A DNA stretch of 64,000 nt from an uncultured Verrucomicrobiae bacterium (GTDB lineage: Bacteria > Verrucomicrobiota > Verrucomicrobiia > Limisphaerales > Palsa-1400), in contig CAVXRD010000003.1 of the NCBI GenBank assembly GCA_963764165.1, positions 160,001 to 224,000 on the forward strand, written 5' to 3'. The translations under genes were made by a program, and so were the position numbers. Under the pieces are notes generated by a model. The model worked only from the letters and a program-made list of their open reading frames with translations, was not told the origin of the DNA and made no database searches. Below, one piece after another: positions 39,614 to 49,633 of this stretch; the first letter of the stretch is position 1, and every line of letters begins with the position of its first letter.

Positions 39614-40369
39614 TTGCCGCGCATCCGTCACGCTGGGACGGTGCAGCGACATTCATGCGCCCTGTTTGGGTCACTCTCAGTTATTGCTGCTTATATTCTC
39701 ATTCGCAGTTCTATCTATCATTTTTTTCCCGTCGATTCGCTGGAGGCATGGTTTTCGCGAGACACTTTGATGTCGATGCCCCGCCTTGGAGCGTTCGCCG
39801 TTTTAGTGCTTCTCAATCGAAGGTGGGCGGCTGTTCGATTTGACCTGAGGCTCAGAGAATTTGGCAAAGCGATGCTCATGGGGGCCGTTCCTTTGGCGTT
39901 GTGGGCATTCTATTTTAGTGGAGGGGAAGGGGAGGCATTCACAAGATTTCAGATGCTGGTGGGATTCTTTACGAGCTTGGGTGTCGGAATATTCGAGGAA
40001 TATGCATTCCGCGGGCCATTGCTTTTTGCTCTCCGCCAGCATTTATCTTTGTTGACTAGCGTCGTCCTTGGCAGCGCCCTTTTCGCTGCTTACCATGTCC
40101 AGGCGCAGCCGATTGAAGGCTGGGTAGCCATATTCTTGACGGGAGTCATTTACGCGAATCTCCGCTTTCGCGGATTGAGCCTTGGCTGGCTGGCGGCAAT
40201 TCACGGCGTGACCGATGCCTTGTTCTTCGCATTTCCCGATAACCCTCCAAATCTGTTCAACTTCTACGGCTTGATCTTGCAAGCGGGTTTGCTGATCTAC
40301 GCAGTGATGAGTTTTCCTCGGAAAAAGGCCGCGGAGGCGCCGCCCGCTGATGGCAAGAATGACAATTGA
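39614..40369 (+). CDS. CPBP (CAAX/Abi) intramembrane metalloprotease
   Basis: EEYAFRG, F...H, H...D motifs; multiple TMs; start uncertain. Confidence 0.85.
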   Translation: MPRIRHAGTVQRHSCALFGSLSVIAAYILIRSSIYHFFPVDSLEAWFSRDTLMSMPRLGAFAVLVLLNRRWAAVRFDLRLREFGKAMLMGAVPLALWAFYFSGGEGEAFTRFQMLVGFFTSLGVGIFEEYAFRGPLLFALRQHLSLLTSVVLGSALFAAYHVQAQPIEGWVAIFLTGVIYANLRFRGLSLGWLAAIHGVTDALFFAFPDNPPNLFNFYGLILQAGLLIYAVMSFPRKKAAEAPPADGKNDN

Positions 40370-40470
40370 GCCAGGCTGCAAAATCCTGTTTGGCTGGTTG
40401 AATTGTCACCAGCACAGAACCGCGAGCGGTTCTGCCGTCTTTTACCACAATAATTCCGCGGCAGTTGGAC

Positions 40471-41625
40471 TCACCGGTGGCCCGCATCCTTGGTGGCAGC
40501 AAATGCCGCCGCCACCGCCGCTCCGCCCTGAATCGCACTCGAGGGGCGCGGATGGTCCGCATTGAAGACGCGCAACGATTCCGCCGGCACGATCGCATCG
40601 CTTTCATTCGCATCGGCTGCATTTAATTTCCATTGCTGAGCCACAAATCGATACATCGCCTGGCGCTTGGTCGGCCCGTAGTCGTGTCCTTCCGTGCCAA
40701 AATGGACATTCGCCACCGCGTTTGACGCGCCCAATATATCGTAAACACTGCGAATATAGGGAAACTCCACCTTCGGGACGTTCCTTGTCCAATCCTGGCC
40801 GTCGGAAATAATGCACTGCGGTTTCGGGGCGAACAGCGCGGCAATTTCAGCATTGTCTGTGTCGTGGGTCGCGGAATGGTGAATTGGCAGGCCGCTCTCG
40901 CAAATGCAGCCGCCGAAGAAATGCGCGGAGACCTGCACCACCGGCACGCTCAGGCCAAGCCGCGCGTCCACCGCTCCGAGCAGAAACGTCTGCGTGCCGC
41001 CGCCCGACTCGCCGGTGCAGCCAAGCCGCGCCGCATCGACTTCGGGCAGGCTCGTTAGAAAATCCAGAGCTCGCATGCTGTCCCAGAGTTGGAAGGTCAG
41101 CGCGTTCGGATCGTGATGCTCAACTTGAGTGGAATCTGTATAACCCACCATATCGTAGGCGAACGCCATCACACCCATCCGCGCCAGCCCGGCGCAGCGC
41201 GCCTGCATCATTTCGCTGATGCGCGGTGTCCCATCCCAATGTCCGTGCGTGCAAAGCATGGCCGGCCATGGACCCGACCCGCGCGTTGGCCGATACAAAT
41301 TGCCCGTAACATAAAACCCGGGAACACTCTCGAATGCGACATTCTCCACCGTGAAGCCCTTTTTCTCCTGCCGCCCCCACGTCCTGACATTCAGCGGGCA
41401 ACGCTTGGGGAGGGGAGAGAGATTGGCGCCAGCAAGGATGCCGCGCCGAATATTTTCCGCCCGCGATTCCCATTCCGATTGATTGTGCCAAGTCCGCCGA
41501 AACGCCTCCAACTGCTGGCGGCCCTGATCCTCAGTCAGGCGCGGCTCCTTCCTCGGCAGCGCCTGCGCGAACAAGCCCGATGTAGTTAGCAAAACAACTC
41601 CTGTAACCGCCCATCGAAATCGCAT
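40471..41625 (-). CDS. Secreted alpha/beta-hydrolase (acetylxylan-esterase-like)
   Basis: Signal peptide; HGH, RALDFL..LP.VD..R.G.TGESGGG, GHDY. Confidence 0.82.
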   Translation of the reverse strand: MRFRWAVTGVVLLTTSGLFAQALPRKEPRLTEDQGRQQLEAFRRTWHNQSEWESRAENIRRGILAGANLSPLPKRCPLNVRTWGRQEKKGFTVENVAFESVPGFYVTGNLYRPTRGSGPWPAMLCTHGHWDGTPRISEMMQARCAGLARMGVMAFAYDMVGYTDSTQVEHHDPNALTFQLWDSMRALDFLTSLPEVDAARLGCTGESGGGTQTFLLGAVDARLGLSVPVVQVSAHFFGGCICESGLPIHHSATHDTDNAEIAALFAPKPQCIISDGQDWTRNVPKVEFPYIRSVYDILGASNAVANVHFGTEGHDYGPTKRQAMYRFVAQQWKLNAADANESDAIVPAESLRVFNADHPRPSSAIQGGAAVAAAFAATKDAGHR

Positions 41626-41810
41626 TCGATCATCAGGGCGCTAGGGCGTCTGTTCTGTCAACGCAAAATTGAGCAGGACCGATTGATAAGCTAGACGGCT
41701 TCGAAATTGCTTTTCGGATCTGATTGGCGGAACCTTTCATACATTGAGCGATAATCAGAAGATATGCGTGAAATAAGCCATTCGGGAAAGGTGGAAATTG
41801 TGACGCCGGT

Positions 41811-42221
41811 TCATATCAAAGGATCCACGGTTTGAACGCCAGCAGGTTCAAAATGACGCTTATTATGGGTCGCGACAGTGTGACGGTGAAATAATGCGGT
41901 GGCGGCAATCAGAGAATCTTCACACGTCATCGTGCGATTCTTCGCCTTGAGGTCTGCAAGCAGTTCCTTCCACCTAACCAGCACAGGTTCGGTTAGTTCT
42001 TCGGTGGCAGGAGCGAGCCTCTGCCGCAAGTTGGTCAGCCATGCGCCGAGGCTCTCCTTGTGCGCAACTGGGGCTCGACCCAGTCCGAACTGCAACTCGG
42101 CGAATGAAACCACGCTCAGGAAAATATCCGCCTCGTGGGTCTGCACCCAGCGCTCGAGTTTGGGCGGCACTTGCTTCCGCTCAAGCATGGACAGCAAGTC
42201 CGTGTCGATCAGGAAGCTCAC
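41811..42221 (-). CDS. vapC: VapC PIN-domain toxin
   Basis: FLIDTD.LS, S.AEL..G, DSLIAATA...VATHN.RHF. Confidence 0.92.
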   Translation of the reverse strand: MSFLIDTDLLSMLERKQVPPKLERWVQTHEADIFLSVVSFAELQFGLGRAPVAHKESLGAWLTNLRQRLAPATEELTEPVLVRWKELLADLKAKNRTMTCEDSLIAATALFHRHTVATHNKRHFEPAGVQTVDPLI

Positions 42222-42466
42222 TTGAAGGGCAGGTTATGCCGCTCCGGCAGCGGGATCGGAACCGGGCAGCTTGCGAAAAGCCGAAGCAGTCCGACAGCTC
42301 CGCGGCGTTTGGCTGGTTTGGGAGTTAGCACGATGCTGTTTTTGCCATCGCGCATCGGACGCACCTCGACCACGCCGCCCTGAGACAAGCCAGAGGCATC
42401 CCGCCACCACTTTGGGAGTGTGCTCTGGCCGACTTTGGAAACTGTCATTGTGTCCAAATTCTTCAC
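42218..42466 (-). CDS. AbrB/MazE-type antitoxin (VapB)
   Basis: TVSKVGQSTLPKWWR...GL..GG.VEV; overlaps the vapC start. Confidence 0.8.
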   Translation of the reverse strand: MKNLDTMTVSKVGQSTLPKWWRDASGLSQGGVVEVRPMRDGKNSIVLTPKPAKRRGAVGLLRLFASCPVPIPLPERHNLPFK

Positions 42467-42487
42467 GTTTTAAGGATTCCTTAAAAC
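42467..42487. promoter_or_regulatory. Perfect palindrome, likely vapBC operator
   Basis: GTTTTAAGGA-T-TCCTTAAAAC abutting the antitoxin start; TTGACA on the minus strand at 42495-42500. Confidence 0.65.
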
Positions 42488-42606
42488 TACCTTTTGTCAA
42501 GACAGGGTGGGACGCAGTGAAGCCTTGACGATGTGATTGCAATTTGACGTTGACGGCATCGGGACAATGTTGGGATTATTTCTATGACACAAAACCAATA
42601 GAATCC

Positions 42607-43527
42607 GTGCCAAGCAAAAAGATCCAGGCCAGCGGCGAATATTGTCAAAGAATTAATCGAGTCATTGATTTTCTTCGCGGGAATCTGAATCGCCAGGTGA
42701 AACTGGAGGAACTGGCGAAAGTGGCCTGCTTCTCGGAATTTCATTTCCATCGAATCTTTCGCGCCGTTTCGGGCGAAACCGTCAATAATTTTACGAACCG
42801 CCTTCGTCTCGAGAAAGCCGCTCGCCATCTTCGTTTTTCCGACCGAAGTTTGACCGATATAGCTTTGGATTGTGGTTTTTCATCATCGTCCACCTTCTCG
42901 CGCGCCTTCCGATGCGGCTACGACACTTCGCCAAGCCAGTTTCGAAAAAGCGGCGAAATCAAAAAGAGCAAGATTTGCAAAGAACTGCGCACGGGGCAGG
43001 AATATGTTCTCCCCATGAGCGCGGAAGAAAAGAGAGCCGCCTTTCCGGTGAAATTGATCGAGGTTCCCGAAAGGCAAGTCGCCTATATTCGGACGACCAA
43101 TGCCTTCGATTTGGACAAGCTGCTTGCCGTCTTCAAAACGATGATCGAGTGGGCCAAATCCCAGAATATTTTTTCGCAAGGAATTCTCTTTGGAATGACG
43201 GTGGACGATCCAGATGTAACTCCCAAGCATCTTTATCGGTATGAGGTTTGTCTTGCCTCATCTCAACCATTTAAGTGCATGGAAGGAATGTCGAAATTGA
43301 AAATGCCAGCCATGCGATACGCCGCCATCAAGGTTTCCGGCGACATCCGCAAGGTGGCTACGGCGTGGGACTATTTTGTCAGAAGCTGGCTCATCAATAG
43401 TTCCTACGAGCCCGAGCATGCGCCAGCGCTTGAGGTTTTCCTAAACAAAGAAAAAGCGACGGATTGGTCGCATTTTGAATTGGAACTGTGCCTGCCGGTT
43501 CGAAAGCTGGCGCAGATGCGGAATTAA
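42607..43527 (+). CDS. AraC regulator with GyrI-like effector domain
   Basis: LEELAKVACFSEFHFHRIF, IALDCGFSS..FSRAF; DDPDVTP...RYEVC. Confidence 0.92.
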   Translation: MPSKKIQASGEYCQRINRVIDFLRGNLNRQVKLEELAKVACFSEFHFHRIFRAVSGETVNNFTNRLRLEKAARHLRFSDRSLTDIALDCGFSSSSTFSRAFRCGYDTSPSQFRKSGEIKKSKICKELRTGQEYVLPMSAEEKRAAFPVKLIEVPERQVAYIRTTNAFDLDKLLAVFKTMIEWAKSQNIFSQGILFGMTVDDPDVTPKHLYRYEVCLASSQPFKCMEGMSKLKMPAMRYAAIKVSGDIRKVATAWDYFVRSWLINSSYEPEHAPALEVFLNKEKATDWSHFELELCLPVRKLAQMRN

Positions 43528-43528
43528 T

Positions 43529-43990
43529 ATGAAAATCATGAAAATGTTCCCAATCACAGCCATCCGAAAATTCAATCTTGCGTTTGCGCTTATTTTTCTA
43601 TCCGTGTCGGCGTCGTTTGCCGAATCGCCCCCGGTGAAAATAAAGTACGTCGGCGCGATCTCGATCAATCCATGCCAGGATGCAAAGATTCTCGCCGACT
43701 GGTATGCGAAGTTTGGAATCGAGACCAAAGAAATGCAGGGTGGATATTATGGCAAATTCGACACCGCTGCCGGCCCCTTTATCTTTGGCATCCATCCCAA
43801 GAAAGCGAACTCTCCCCCAAAAAGCTCGGGGAGTGTTTCAGTCGTGTTTCGCGTCGAGGATTTCGAGAAGAGCGTGTCGACCCTCAAGACTAAAGGACTC
43901 ACGCCCGAGAAAATCGAAAAGGACCAGCAAGGCCAGTTCGCGAGCTTCCATGATCCCGACGGCAACAAAGTTACCATTTGGGGCGAATAA
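43529..43990 (+). CDS. VOC/glyoxalase-family protein with signal peptide
   Basis: FRVEDFE....LK..G......GQFASFHDPDGNKV.IW. Confidence 0.82.
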   Translation: MKIMKMFPITAIRKFNLAFALIFLSVSASFAESPPVKIKYVGAISINPCQDAKILADWYAKFGIETKEMQGGYYGKFDTAAGPFIFGIHPKKANSPPKSSGSVSVVFRVEDFEKSVSTLKTKGLTPEKIEKDQQGQFASFHDPDGNKVTIWGE

Positions 43991-44080
43991 AATTGCGGAT
44001 AACATGAACTTGACAGATGCAACGCGCAGGGTATTGTTCTGCGTCAATCCCAAGCCATTGGCAGAGCGGTGCGCAAAACC

Positions 44081-44626
44081 ATGATGTATTACATACTGCT
44101 CGGGGTGTTCGTCGTCATCGGAATCATGGCCTTCATCGCTTCCACCAAGCCTGATGACTGGACCGTTCAGCGCCAGGAAACGATTCCGGGGGCGCCGGCC
44201 AAAGTCTTCGCTTACTTGGACGATCCGCGCAAATTCCTGGAATGGTCGCCGTGGTCCAAGCTTGATCCCGCCATGAAGGTGGCCTGCGGCGGCCCCGCCT
44301 CGGGCGCTGGCGCAAATTTCACCTGGGAAGGCAACAGCAAAGTCGGCGCGGGCAAAATGACGATCATGGAAAGCCGCCCAAACGATCGCGTTCGATGTCA
44401 ATTAGATTTTTACAAACCGATGAAATGCACCAATGAGCAGGACTTCGAGTTGAAACCCGAAGGTTCCCGGACCTTGGTGACCTGGACCATCAGCGGCAAG
44501 GCGCCGTTTTATTTCAAGCTAATCCTGGTTTTCGCCAGTGCCGACCGCATGATGGGAGACAACCTTGAAAGCGGCCTGGCCAATCTCAAAGCGGTTGTCG
44601 CTGGGCAGAAAGACGGCTCTCGATAG
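44081..44626 (+). CDS. SRPBCC/polyketide-cyclase family protein
   Basis: WSPW.KLDP...G.GA.FTWEGN.KVGAG.MTI.ES. Confidence 0.88.
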   Translation: MMYYILLGVFVVIGIMAFIASTKPDDWTVQRQETIPGAPAKVFAYLDDPRKFLEWSPWSKLDPAMKVACGGPASGAGANFTWEGNSKVGAGKMTIMESRPNDRVRCQLDFYKPMKCTNEQDFELKPEGSRTLVTWTISGKAPFYFKLILVFASADRMMGDNLESGLANLKAVVAGQKDGSR

Positions 44627-44641
44627 CCCAAGCTGGCGTGC

Positions 44642-44866
44642 ATGGTTCGAGATTGCCAGGGTGAGCTTGCAGCCGCGTTCGATGAGGTCACCAGTGTTAC
44701 CGACCTGGAATTGATGCCAAAGGATGCCGGGGCCAATGGCCGCGTTTTGACGGCGGAACAAATGCGCGCACTCGCGGCGAAGTTTGCCCGATGGGCGCGG
44801 CAATGCCGCAAATCGGCGGATTCTATGGAGGAAGCCAGAGCAAGAATGCGCCTTGAACTGAATTGA
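44642..44866 (+). CDS. Small hypothetical protein
   Basis: 74-aa ORF directly after the SRPBCC gene and before a terminator. Confidence 0.45.
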   Translation: MVRDCQGELAAAFDEVTSVTDLELMPKDAGANGRVLTAEQMRALAAKFARWARQCRKSADSMEEARARMRLELN

Positions 44867-44890
44867 CCTGGCAGACTTAACCAGTAGCAA

Positions 44891-44919
44891 GGCCGGTGGA
44901 CTGATCCATCGGCCTTTTT
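44891..44919 (+). terminator. Intrinsic terminator
   Basis: GGCCGGTGGA-CTGA-TCCATCGGCC-TTTTT. Confidence 0.75.
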
Positions 44920-45048
44920 GTTTTGCATCGCCTTGTTTTATGGGGTAAAATTAGGTCTGCTGGCGTGCAACAGGCAAACAAACTGTGCCAAACAAGCAGC
45001 TCTGCCCGTAGGTTTGAGAATAAGCGCCCTCGAACCATCTGCCTTCTA

Positions 45049-45076
45049 GCCGCCTCGTGTAGGGGCGGCATTTTTT
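45049..45076 (+). terminator. Orphan intrinsic terminator
   Basis: GCCGCCTC-GTGTA-GGGGCGGC-ATTTTTT. Confidence 0.55.
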
Positions 45077-45140
45077 ATTTTGCGGAGCAGCGAAGGGCAG
45101 GGCAGGTTGAAGCCGCGCCAAACGTTTCGGACGTATGAGA

Positions 45141-45708
45141 GACGCCATCGCGAGATGTCGCACTATTCCCTGGCGCCTCGTTTTGGGACTTCCGGCCTTT
45201 TTGTTTTACAGGGCAACCAACGACGCCAAGAAAGCCATCTACGCCAGGCTCGCGGCGGTCGCTCTGGCCCGCGTTCTCTCTTGTCGTCGTTTCGCATTTT
45301 AATCCCAGACTCCAGGAGCATCTGTTTTACAATTTCAGTCATTTCAAAACAGGCGCGAGTCAACTTTTTCACTTTGCCGGGACATGACCGCACGGCCAGC
45401 CCGACGTGTCGCCCGCGCACGTTATCTGTCCGCTGCAATTCCGGCATTAAGCGTCTTGCACCTATGACGGGAGAGAAAATTCGTTACGGCAAGCCGTTGC
45501 AGGCCAGGGCGGTCGAGGCGCTGTTGACAAATTGGGTTGGCGGGCGGATAATCCCCGCAGCCCATGCAGTGGCTGGCAGCGGCTATGACTGCATGGAACG
45601 GACGGCGTGGCTGCCTTGCTGTTCCGCCTTCGATACGGATCAACTTTCCTTTCCTGCCGTTCCGTAGAAAACCGACGCTAACGCAATATGTCGCACTATT
45701 CCCTGGCG
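45141..45708 (+). repeat. Pair of 35-bp imperfect direct repeats
   Basis: 45141-45175 and 45674-45708; identical 21-bp core ATGTCGCACTATTCCCTGGCG. Confidence 0.85.
45524..45552 (+). promoter_or_regulatory. Near-consensus sigma70 promoter
   Basis: TTGACA-N17-GATAAT. Confidence 0.55.
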
Positions 45709-46237
45709 TTTTCATCTTCGCGGCGACGGCATCACTGGATTAACGCGCCTTTAATAGGCTGTTAAAGGGCAAACTACTGAATCCGGCCTTATTTTAATAC
45801 GCTGAATTGATATGTGCGCAAAAAGGGCATTTTATAACGTAAGTGCTTGATTATGCGGTAATATGCACCTAAACGCGGGTTCCTCAACGTTTTCGGTGGA
45901 ATAGAATCCGGGCACTCGGCCACGAATTAAAACGAGCGACGGGGCGGCTGCGAGCCACAGCTCGCGCCCCGTCGCGGTCGGACAGCGAAACGCTCATTTA
46001 CAACAACTTACCCATGAATGGCTTACAACTATTGGATGGCCCTGAGATGAGGCAGCGAGATTCCCCTGGATTACTGATGTCTGCACCTCCTCAAAGGTTT
46101 GGTTGCTCGCAACCGGGTTTACACGAACTTCTATTCCACTGAAAACGTGGAGGAACGCAAACGCGTCTATTCGCACGATTTTGGAACTTCCGACCCCCAA
46201 GACTCATGAGTTTCGAGACAATTGATCTAAGGCATAT

Positions 46238-46265
46238 GTTTCGCACAATGTATGTTATATGCCGT
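46238..46265 (+). other. dif-like Xer recombination site
   Basis: GTTTCGCACAA-TGTATG-TTATATGCCGT vs E. coli dif GGTGCGCATAA-TGTATA-TTATGTTAAAT; XerD arm divergent. Confidence 0.35.
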
Positions 46266-46350
46266 TGGACGGCGTATATTCCCACCCCCTTGGTTAGTTA
46301 TCTTGCGCGCTGGAAAGCAGTCGGCGATTCGGCGCTAGGCTAAGCTCGTC

Positions 46351-47223
46351 CTAAAACCAATCTTCGGGGTTATCTCGCAACCACTCCGTCAGTCCAGGCA
46401 GTTGGAAATTCAAGTGCGTTTGAATCTTTGCACAATCCATCGACGTGTCGGCGGGACGCGGCGCGCCTTGATATTCGCGCAGCGAGCAATTCTCCAAGCG
46501 CGGGCTTGCTTCAGGATGGCGCGCGGCGAGCAGCCGCCCGATTTCGACGCGCGAAAGCCGCTCGGTTCCGGCCAAGTGCCAGACTCCGCCGCGCGGATTT
46601 GCGGCCAATTTCCAGATTGCCTCCGCAGTGACCGTGGCAGAGATGGGCGAGCGATACTCGTCCTCAAACAATCGGATGGTTTTTCCTTCGGCCGCGGCGG
46701 CCAGCAATTGCTCGTTATAACCGCTTTTCCCGTTAGGGGATTTACCGCTGTTCAGCGAAGTTCGGATTACGATGTGGCGGGGGTTCTCCAATACCGCCTG
46801 CTCCGCGGCCACCTTCGTTTCGCCGTAGATGCTGAGGGGATTCACCGCGTCATTTTCAAGGTAGTTTCCCTTTCGTCCGTCAAAAACAAGGTCTGTCGAG
46901 AAGAAAATGAAATCCGCATCCGAGGCCAGGCCCGAAAGGTGCGCCGTGGCTTCTGTGTTGATGCGCTGGGCGGCGGCGGGGTTAGACTGGCAATCGGGAG
47001 TCTTCGACATCGCGCCGCAGTGGATGACGACGCTCGGCCGCTCGGCGGCAAACCGGCGGTCCATAGCTGCGAAATCTGCCAGATCCAATTCTGCCCGGCC
47101 GAGCGCAATAACTTTGAACTGCGGGGCAAATTTCGGCGCGAGACGGACAATGTAACTGCCAATCAATCCGCCAGCTCCGGTAACCCAGGCTGTCCCCTGC
47201 TCCTTTGTTGATTGGCCACTCAA
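46351..47223 (-). CDS. RmlD-like SDR oxidoreductase (dTDP-4-dehydrorhamnose reductase family)
   Basis: VTGAGGLIG, STDLVFDG..G.Y.E.D..NP.S.YGETK. Confidence 0.85.
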   Translation of the reverse strand: MSGQSTKEQGTAWVTGAGGLIGSYIVRLAPKFAPQFKVIALGRAELDLADFAAMDRRFAAERPSVVIHCGAMSKTPDCQSNPAAAQRINTEATAHLSGLASDADFIFFSTDLVFDGRKGNYLENDAVNPLSIYGETKVAAEQAVLENPRHIVIRTSLNSGKSPNGKSGYNEQLLAAAAEGKTIRLFEDEYRSPISATVTAEAIWKLAANPRGGVWHLAGTERLSRVEIGRLLAARHPEASPRLENCSLREYQGAPRPADTSMDCAKIQTHLNFQLPGLTEWLRDNPEDWF

Positions 47224-48125
47224 TCAATAAATCGTTTTGACATATCCCCGTAAGCGTCCACGCGGCGGTCGCGCAGGAAGGGCCAATGCGTCCTCGAAAA
47301 TTCGACTTGGGCCAAATCGACGGGGACGAGCAGCGTCTCTTCCTTGTCGACGCTGGCGCGGGCCATGACTTGACCGCTGGGCGCCGCCACAAAGCTCTGG
47401 CCCCAGAACTCAATTCCATCGCCGCCGTCGGGCTTTTCGAGGCCGATTCGGTTGACAGCCGCCACGTAACAGCCGTTGGCCACGGCGTGGCTGCGCTGCA
47501 TCACTTCCCAAGCGGCGTGTTGATTTTCACCATACTGCGCCTTCTCTGATGGATGCCAGCCGATGGCGGTTGGATAAAATAAAATCTCAGCCCCCTGCAT
47601 CGCCGTGAGGCGGGCCGCTTCCGGATACCATTGATCCCAGCAGACGCAGACGCCAATTTTCCCGAATCGGGTTTTCCAGGAGCGAAAACCAAGGTCACCC
47701 GGCGCAAAGTAGAATTTCTCGTAATACAGCGGGTCGTCGGGAATGTGCATCTTGCGGTAGCTGCCGAGCATCACGCCGGTCGCGTCGATAATTGCCGCCG
47801 TGTTGTGGTAAAGTCCTGCCGCGCGCTTTTCAAAAAGAGACGCGATGATGACCACCTTGTGCTTCCGGGCCAACGTTTGCATCTCTGTCGTCGAGGGGCC
47901 GGGAATCGGTTCCGCCAGTTTGAAGTATTTGTGGTCCTCGACCTGGCAGAAATATTGCGAGGCGAACAATTCCTGTGTGCAAATAATCTGAGCGCCGTCC
48001 TTTGCCGCCCGCGAAATCTTTTCGCTGGCGCGGGCGAGGTTCTCAGCCGGGTCGGCGGAGCATCTGCTTTGAATTAATCCGAGGACGACCGAGGCCGGCT
48101 TGGTCTTGGCGCGAGATGTCTTCAA
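47220..48125 (-). CDS. aguB: Carbon-nitrogen hydrolase (N-carbamoylputrescine amidase-like)
   Basis: QELF..QYFCQ, YRKMHIPDDPLYYEKFYF.PGDLGF, CWDQWYPEAAR, WPFLRDRR; TTG start inferred. Confidence 0.8.
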   Translation of the reverse strand: MKTSRAKTKPASVVLGLIQSRCSADPAENLARASEKISRAAKDGAQIICTQELFASQYFCQVEDHKYFKLAEPIPGPSTTEMQTLARKHKVVIIASLFEKRAAGLYHNTAAIIDATGVMLGSYRKMHIPDDPLYYEKFYFAPGDLGFRSWKTRFGKIGVCVCWDQWYPEAARLTAMQGAEILFYPTAIGWHPSEKAQYGENQHAAWEVMQRSHAVANGCYVAAVNRIGLEKPDGGDGIEFWGQSFVAAPSGQVMARASVDKEETLLVPVDLAQVEFSRTHWPFLRDRRVDAYGDMSKRFID

Positions 48126-48126
48126 T

Positions 48127-49137
48127 CTATTTTGAAGGGAGGGGAGCCGAAACAGGACGCCCAATCACCGTGGTTTCGCCCTTGTCTGTCGAGTCAAGCA
48201 CAATTTTCTGCCCAAATAAATCACCCATGAATTTTCCCAGCGTCTCATTTGTCGGCCCGTAGCCCTTGTGATAGATATAATACTCCAGGTCGTACAATAA
48301 TTCATCCGACGTCGCGTAGCGCTTGGAAATGTCGCGGGCCAGGGTGCGCTGCAAAATTTCATTGAGCCGCTCGTCGATGCGCGAATTCAACTGGCAAAAA
48401 TTCGGGACCGGCAGCTTCATGATGCGCTCGAGCGATTCCTCGGCGCTCGGGCCTTTGAAGATGTTGTAACCCAGCAGAAGATTCGCCAGCACCACGCCGG
48501 TTGAAAAAATATCCGAGCGCTTGTCCGTGATTTGAAAATCCGCCTGCTCGGGGCTCATGTAATCTGCCTTGCCCGCGACCACTTCGCCTTCGTTGTCCTG
48601 CAGGAAGCCCTTGGCCTTGGCGATGCCGAAGTCTGTCAACTTCACATCTCCCGCGAACGCGATCATGATGTTCTTGAAGCTCACGTCGCGATGAACGATG
48701 CCGAGCGGCTTGCCGGTGTCGTCGCATTTGGAATGCGCGTAAGCCAGCCCGCGCGCGATTCGGCTGGTGATGAACACCGCCAATTCCGACGGCAGCACCG
48801 CGCCCTTGGCCGCAAGCTGCTGGGCGAATTGCTCGAGGTTCACGCCGTTGATCAGCTCCATGCTGATGAAGTAGAGGCCGCGCGCTTCTCCGAGATGATA
48901 CGTCTGGACAATGTTGGTGTGAATGAGGTCGGCCACCAGCTTGGCCTCGCCGATGAAATTTTCGATGAACTGCTTTTGATTGGCGTAACTTTGGCGGATG
49001 ACCTTCATCGCCACGCGCTTGACAAAGTTGCGGGCGCCGAGTTGCTGCGCCTCGTAAACGATTCCCATTCCACCCTCGAAAATCTTGCGAGTGATCTCGT
49101 AGCGGTAGTCACTTTGAATGGTAAACAATGCAGCCAT
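48127..49137 (-). CDS. Cytoplasmic Hanks-type Ser/Thr kinase
   Basis: GGMG.VY, VAMK, HRDVSFKN, DFG, YMSPEQ; no TM. Confidence 0.93.
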   Translation of the reverse strand: MAALFTIQSDYRYEITRKIFEGGMGIVYEAQQLGARNFVKRVAMKVIRQSYANQKQFIENFIGEAKLVADLIHTNIVQTYHLGEARGLYFISMELINGVNLEQFAQQLAAKGAVLPSELAVFITSRIARGLAYAHSKCDDTGKPLGIVHRDVSFKNIMIAFAGDVKLTDFGIAKAKGFLQDNEGEVVAGKADYMSPEQADFQITDKRSDIFSTGVVLANLLLGYNIFKGPSAEESLERIMKLPVPNFCQLNSRIDERLNEILQRTLARDISKRYATSDELLYDLEYYIYHKGYGPTNETLGKFMGDLFGQKIVLDSTDKGETTVIGRPVSAPLPSK

Positions 49138-49321
49138 CACCTGAATTGTGTGAAATTGCCGAGGCAAGTCAAGCTCTCACTGGCTCCTCGCAACTTTTTT
49201 TGCGACCGCGGCCTTTTTCCCTTGCCGCGCTTTGGAAATGCGTATTAAAACGTGCGCGCGGCAAGGTCTCAAGGAGTCCGGCTGGCATGATCCAACACAC
49301 AAGACACAGTTAATTATTAAT

Positions 49322-49609
49322 ATGGCAAAAGCGTTATCGAAATCTGAGCTGGCGGCCGAATTGGCCGCCAAAAATGGACTTACCAAGAAGGCGGGCGCCG
49401 AGATCCTTGACAGCCTGGCTGCCCTCGCCTACAAGCACGCAAAGAACACATTCACGATCCCTGGGATCGGCAAGCTGCGCCTCGTCAATAGAAAGGCTCG
49501 CACGGGACGCAATCCCAAAACCGGAAAACCCATCACCATTCCCGCGGGAAAAGTGTTGAAATTTCGAGTTTCGAAAATAGCCAAGGATGCCATTCTTGGC
49601 GCGCGCTAA
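49322..49609 (+). CDS. hup: HU-family DNA-binding protein
   Basis: IPGIGK....RKARTGRNPKTG..I.IPA..V.KFR. Confidence 0.93.
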   Translation: MAKALSKSELAAELAAKNGLTKKAGAEILDSLAALAYKHAKNTFTIPGIGKLRLVNRKARTGRNPKTGKPITIPAGKVLKFRVSKIAKDAILGAR

Positions 49610-49633
49610 TTCCTTCACGTCCGCGGCTTCGAA

